Positions 60,958-64,000 of a stretch of DNA of 64,000 nt are shown here, piece by piece. Origin of the DNA: an uncultured Solirubrobacterales bacterium (GTDB taxonomy: Bacteria > Actinomycetota > Thermoleophilia > Solirubrobacterales > 70-9); contig CAVRKA010000001.1 in assembly GCA_963722175.1 (NCBI GenBank), positions 117,555 to 181,554 of the forward strand, in the 5' to 3' direction. Each line of letters starts with the position of its first letter. The first letter of the stretch is position 1. The notes below the pieces were generated by a model. It saw only the letters and a list, made by a program, of their open reading frames with translations, ran no database searches and was not told the DNA's origin. The translations under genes were made by a program, and so were the position numbers.

Positions 60958-62832
60958 GTGCCGCGGGTCCCGCCGCCGCTCCCACGCGCCTCGGTCGCCG
61001 CCTTCGCCGCCGGCTCCGCGGCCGTGCTCGCCGCTTGCCTGATCGTCGCTCCGCGGATCATGCTCAGCCTCTTCGCCACCTACGACGACGAGGGCTACTT
61101 CCTGATCTCGATCCGCGAGTGGCTGGACCGCGGCGATCTCTACGGCGACGTCTACAGCGAGTACGGGCCCGGGTACTTCGCGCTCGTCGGCGGGGTCTTC
61201 CGGCTCTTCGGCCTCGAGGTCGACAACGACACCGGGCGCGCGGTCACGCTCGTGCTCTGGCTCGCGATCAGCGTGCTCGCGGGGGCGACGCTGTTTCGCC
61301 TGACCGGAAGCCCGGTGATCGGGGTCTGTGGCCAGATCCTCGCTTTCGTGGTCGTCTTCATCGTCCGCCAGGACTCGCTGTACCCGGGCGGGTGGCTCGC
61401 CCTGCTGCTCGTCTCGATCGTCGCGGCGATCGCCTTCGGACTGCCGCGCCGTCCCGGGGCCGCCCTGTTCGCAGCTGCCGCTCTGGCGACCACGGCGGCG
61501 CTGGTCAAGATCAACGTCGGGGGGCTCGCGATCGCCGCGATCGCGGTCGCCTGCGTGATCGGGATCCCCTCCCTGCGCAGCCGCCGATGGCTCAAGGTCG
61601 GGGTCGCCTCGCTCTGCGTTGCGCTCCCGTTGATCCTCACCGCCGCCGAGCTCGACCGCGGGCAGGTGCTCGAGTACGCGGTCACCGTCACGCTGGCGCT
61701 GATCGCCGTGATGGTCAGCCTCCCGCGCCTGACGGGCGGGCCCGGGCTTGGCTTGCGCGAGGTGCGGCTCGCGCTGCTCGGCGCGGCCCTGGCCGCGTTC
61801 CTGATCCTCGGGCTGGTGATCATCCGTGGCAGCTCGCCGGGTGACCTGATCGAGGGCATGATCGTGCAGCCGCTCGGCCATCACGACGTGATCGACGTGC
61901 GCCTGGACCCCTCGACGACCGGCATCTGGATCACCGTCGCCGGTCTCGGCGCGGCGGTGCTCGCGCGGCGCGGGATTCGCCGGATGGCCCCGGTTGCCAC
62001 CGGGAGCCTCAGGATCGCGGCCGGGCTCTGGGCCTGGACCGCGGCGGCCCTGATTGCGAGCACGCATCCAACGGTTTTCGCCGCTGCCGGCGCGTTTGCG
62101 TGGGTTGCCGTGATCCCGCCCGGCGGCGAGCCCACGGACCCCCGGACCGCGTTCGCCCGGACCGCGATCGTCCTCCTCGCGGTCCTCAACCTGATGCAGG
62201 CCTATCCGGTCGCCTCCAACCAGCTCGTGCTCTCGATGCTGCCGCTGGTGTTCGTCGGCGGGATCTGCGTCGCCGATGGACTCGGCGAGCTCGGCGCCGC
62301 GTTCGCGGCCCGCGCACGGGCGGTGGCCGTCGCCGGCGTGCTCGTCGTCGCGGCATTCGCCGCCTGGGTGGCTCTCGTGCCCGCTCGCGATCTCGTCGAG
62401 CCGGCGCTCGACCGATATGACGCGAACGTCCCGCTGGGGCTCCCAGGCGCCGAGGACCTCCGGGTAACGACCCACGAGCACGATGTGTTCACCGAAACCG
62501 TCGACCGCCTGCGGCACCGTTGCGAGACGTTCTTCGCCGAGCCCGGGATGAACAGCTTCTACATCTGGAGCGGGCTCGAGCCGCCGACCGGGATGAACAC
62601 CGGCAACTGGATGTATCAGTTTCAGGATGCCGAGCAGCGGCGCGCGCTCGCGGACCTCGAACGCGCCGAGGGTCTCTGCATCCTGCGCAACCGGTTCGTC
62701 GTCGCTTTCTGGCAGGGCTACCGCGAGCTTCCCGGCGGGCCGCTGGCTGAGTGGATCGACGCCAACTTCGTCCCCGTCGAGGACATCCTCGGGTATGAGA
62801 TCCTGCTGCCGGCCGGCGAGGTGGACGGCTGA
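60958..62832 (+). CDS. Large polytopic membrane protein, GT-C-like glycosyltransferase candidate
   Basis: 624 aa with at least 12 hydrophobic segments. An early loop motif YDDEGYF is reminiscent of the acidic first-loop motif of GT-C (ArnT/PMT-like) enzymes. It has a soluble C-terminal domain. Confidence 0.45.
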   Translation: MPRVPPPLPRASVAAFAAGSAAVLAACLIVAPRIMLSLFATYDDEGYFLISIREWLDRGDLYGDVYSEYGPGYFALVGGVFRLFGLEVDNDTGRAVTLVLWLAISVLAGATLFRLTGSPVIGVCGQILAFVVVFIVRQDSLYPGGWLALLLVSIVAAIAFGLPRRPGAALFAAAALATTAALVKINVGGLAIAAIAVACVIGIPSLRSRRWLKVGVASLCVALPLILTAAELDRGQVLEYAVTVTLALIAVMVSLPRLTGGPGLGLREVRLALLGAALAAFLILGLVIIRGSSPGDLIEGMIVQPLGHHDVIDVRLDPSTTGIWITVAGLGAAVLARRGIRRMAPVATGSLRIAAGLWAWTAAALIASTHPTVFAAAGAFAWVAVIPPGGEPTDPRTAFARTAIVLLAVLNLMQAYPVASNQLVLSMLPLVFVGGICVADGLGELGAAFAARARAVAVAGVLVVAAFAAWVALVPARDLVEPALDRYDANVPLGLPGAEDLRVTTHEHDVFTETVDRLRHRCETFFAEPGMNSFYIWSGLEPPTGMNTGNWMYQFQDAEQRRALADLERAEGLCILRNRFVVAFWQGYRELPGGPLAEWIDANFVPVEDILGYEILLPAGEVDG

Positions 62833-62874
62833 GCGCGCCCGCGACGCGCCCGGGCACGCTCGTAGACTGGGCGC

Positions 62875-64000
62875 GTGCCCACCGAAGAGCGAAACGACCG
62901 CTACGAACCGCACGCGATCGAGCGTCGCTGGCAGGAGATCTGGGCCGATGAGCGCACCTGGGAGGTGCCGAACCCGGGCGAGCCCGGGTTCGACGACGCG
63001 AAGCCGAAGTTCTACGTCCTCGAGATGCTGCCCTACCCCTCGGGCGAGCCCCACGTCGGCCATCTGAAGAACTACTCGCTCGGCGACGCGATCGCCCACT
63101 TCCGGCGCCGCAACGGCTTCCAGGTCATCCACCCGATGGGCTACGACGCCTTCGGCCTGCCGGCGGAGAACAACGCGATCAAGACCGGTCAGGCCCCGCG
63201 CGAGGCGGTGGAGGCGTCGATCGCCGCCTACAGCGAGCAGTTCCGCGCCTGGGGCGTCTCGATCGACTGGTCGCGCGAGATCTCCAGCCATCACCCGGAC
63301 TACTACCGCTGGACGCAGTGGATCTTCCTGCGGCTGTTCGAGCGCGGGCTCGCATACCGGGCCGAGGCCCCGGTCCAGTGGTGCCCGGTCGACCAGACGG
63401 TGCTCGCCAACGAGCAGGTGATCGACGGCCATTGCGAGCGCTGCGGCTCGCTGGTCGAGTCGCGCCAGCTCGAGCAGTGGTTCTTCAAGATCACCGACTA
63501 CGCCGACCGGCTGCTGGCCGACTTCAACGTCCTCGAGTCATGGCCCGACAACGTGGTCACGATGCAGCGCAACTGGATCGGCCGCTCCGAGGGGGCCGAG
63601 GTGATCTTCCGTTGCGAGGCGCTCGGGATCGACTTCCCGGTGTTCACGACGCGTCCGGACACGCTCTTCGGCGCCACCTTCTTCGTCCTAGCTCCCGAGC
63701 ACCCGGATGTCGAACGGCTCGCCGCGGGGACCGGCCACGAGGAGGAGGTCCGCGCGTACGTCGACGCGGCGATCCGGGAATCGGTCGAGGAGCGCGGCGA
63801 CGAGGCCCGGGCGAAGACCGGCGTCCCGCTCGGTCGCACGGTCACCAACCCGGTCAGCGGCGAGCAGATCCCTGTGTTCGTCGCCGACTACGTGCTGATG
63901 GAGTACGGCACCGGCGCCCTGATGGCGGTGCCCGCGCACGACGATCGCGACCACGCCTTCGCGCAGGCCTTCGGGCTCGAGATCCGCGAGGTGGTCGCCG
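62875..64000 (+). CDS. leuS: Leucine--tRNA ligase (5' part; continues beyond the window)
   Basis: Manual translation from GTG 62875 gives VPTEERNDRYEPHAIERRWQEIW...YVLEMLPYPSGEPHVGHLKNY (HIGH region) ...TRPDTLFGATF.VLAPEHP.... The frame is open to position 64000. Confidence 0.95.
   Translation, partial: MPTEERNDRYEPHAIERRWQEIWADERTWEVPNPGEPGFDDAKPKFYVLEMLPYPSGEPHVGHLKNYSLGDAIAHFRRRNGFQVIHPMGYDAFGLPAENNAIKTGQAPREAVEASIAAYSEQFRAWGVSIDWSREISSHHPDYYRWTQWIFLRLFERGLAYRAEAPVQWCPVDQTVLANEQVIDGHCERCGSLVESRQLEQWFFKITDYADRLLADFNVLESWPDNVVTMQRNWIGRSEGAEVIFRCEALGIDFPVFTTRPDTLFGATFFVLAPEHPDVERLAAGTGHEEEVRAYVDAAIRESVEERGDEARAKTGVPLGRTVTNPVSGEQIPVFVADYVLMEYGTGALMAVPAHDDRDHAFAQAFGLEIREVVA

Overview
By eye this is a very high G+C (about 70%) bacterial chromosome segment. 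Gene content and order look like Actinomycetota, possibly a deep-branching Thermoleophilia/Rubrobacteria-like lineage (inference only). Most of the window is core housekeeping. It holds molybdenum-cofactor genes (mobA, moeA, a moaD-moaE-moaC fusion, moaB), tig, clpP, clpX-valS-folC, ndk-maf, mreBCD-mrdA-rodA, rne-rplU-rpmA, obg, proB, proA-nadD-rsfS and the 5' part of leuS. This conserved backbone is interrupted several times by accessory cassettes, mostly secreted or membrane proteins: two ECF sigma modules, FG-GAP and ceramidase-like proteins, proteases, and a detox-type cluster after a tRNA-Ala. I found no CRISPR array, transposase, integrase or recognisable defence system. The six items I would look at again first are listed here.

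1. An ECF sigma factor is translationally coupled to an Ogt/MGMT-like protein (6255-7408).
2. A 136-nt element bounded by perfect 21-nt inverted repeats contains an orphan minus-strand terminator (7408-7543).
3. A low-GC patch has one open frame running through a PD-(D/E)XK endonuclease-like domain, a complete tRNA-Ala(GGC) and a Phd-like antitoxin remnant that is ATGA-coupled to a VOC protein (52945-54103).
4. A two-gene operon encodes a roughly 74-aa beta-grasp-like protein ending in Gly-Gly plus an unknown 2-TM protein (59944-60877).
5. A ceramidase-like gene carries a frameshift (near 45842).
6. An in-frame palindromic insertion sits inside maf (28206-28233).

All functional calls come from reading the translated ORFs and recalling family motifs. 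No database search was run.
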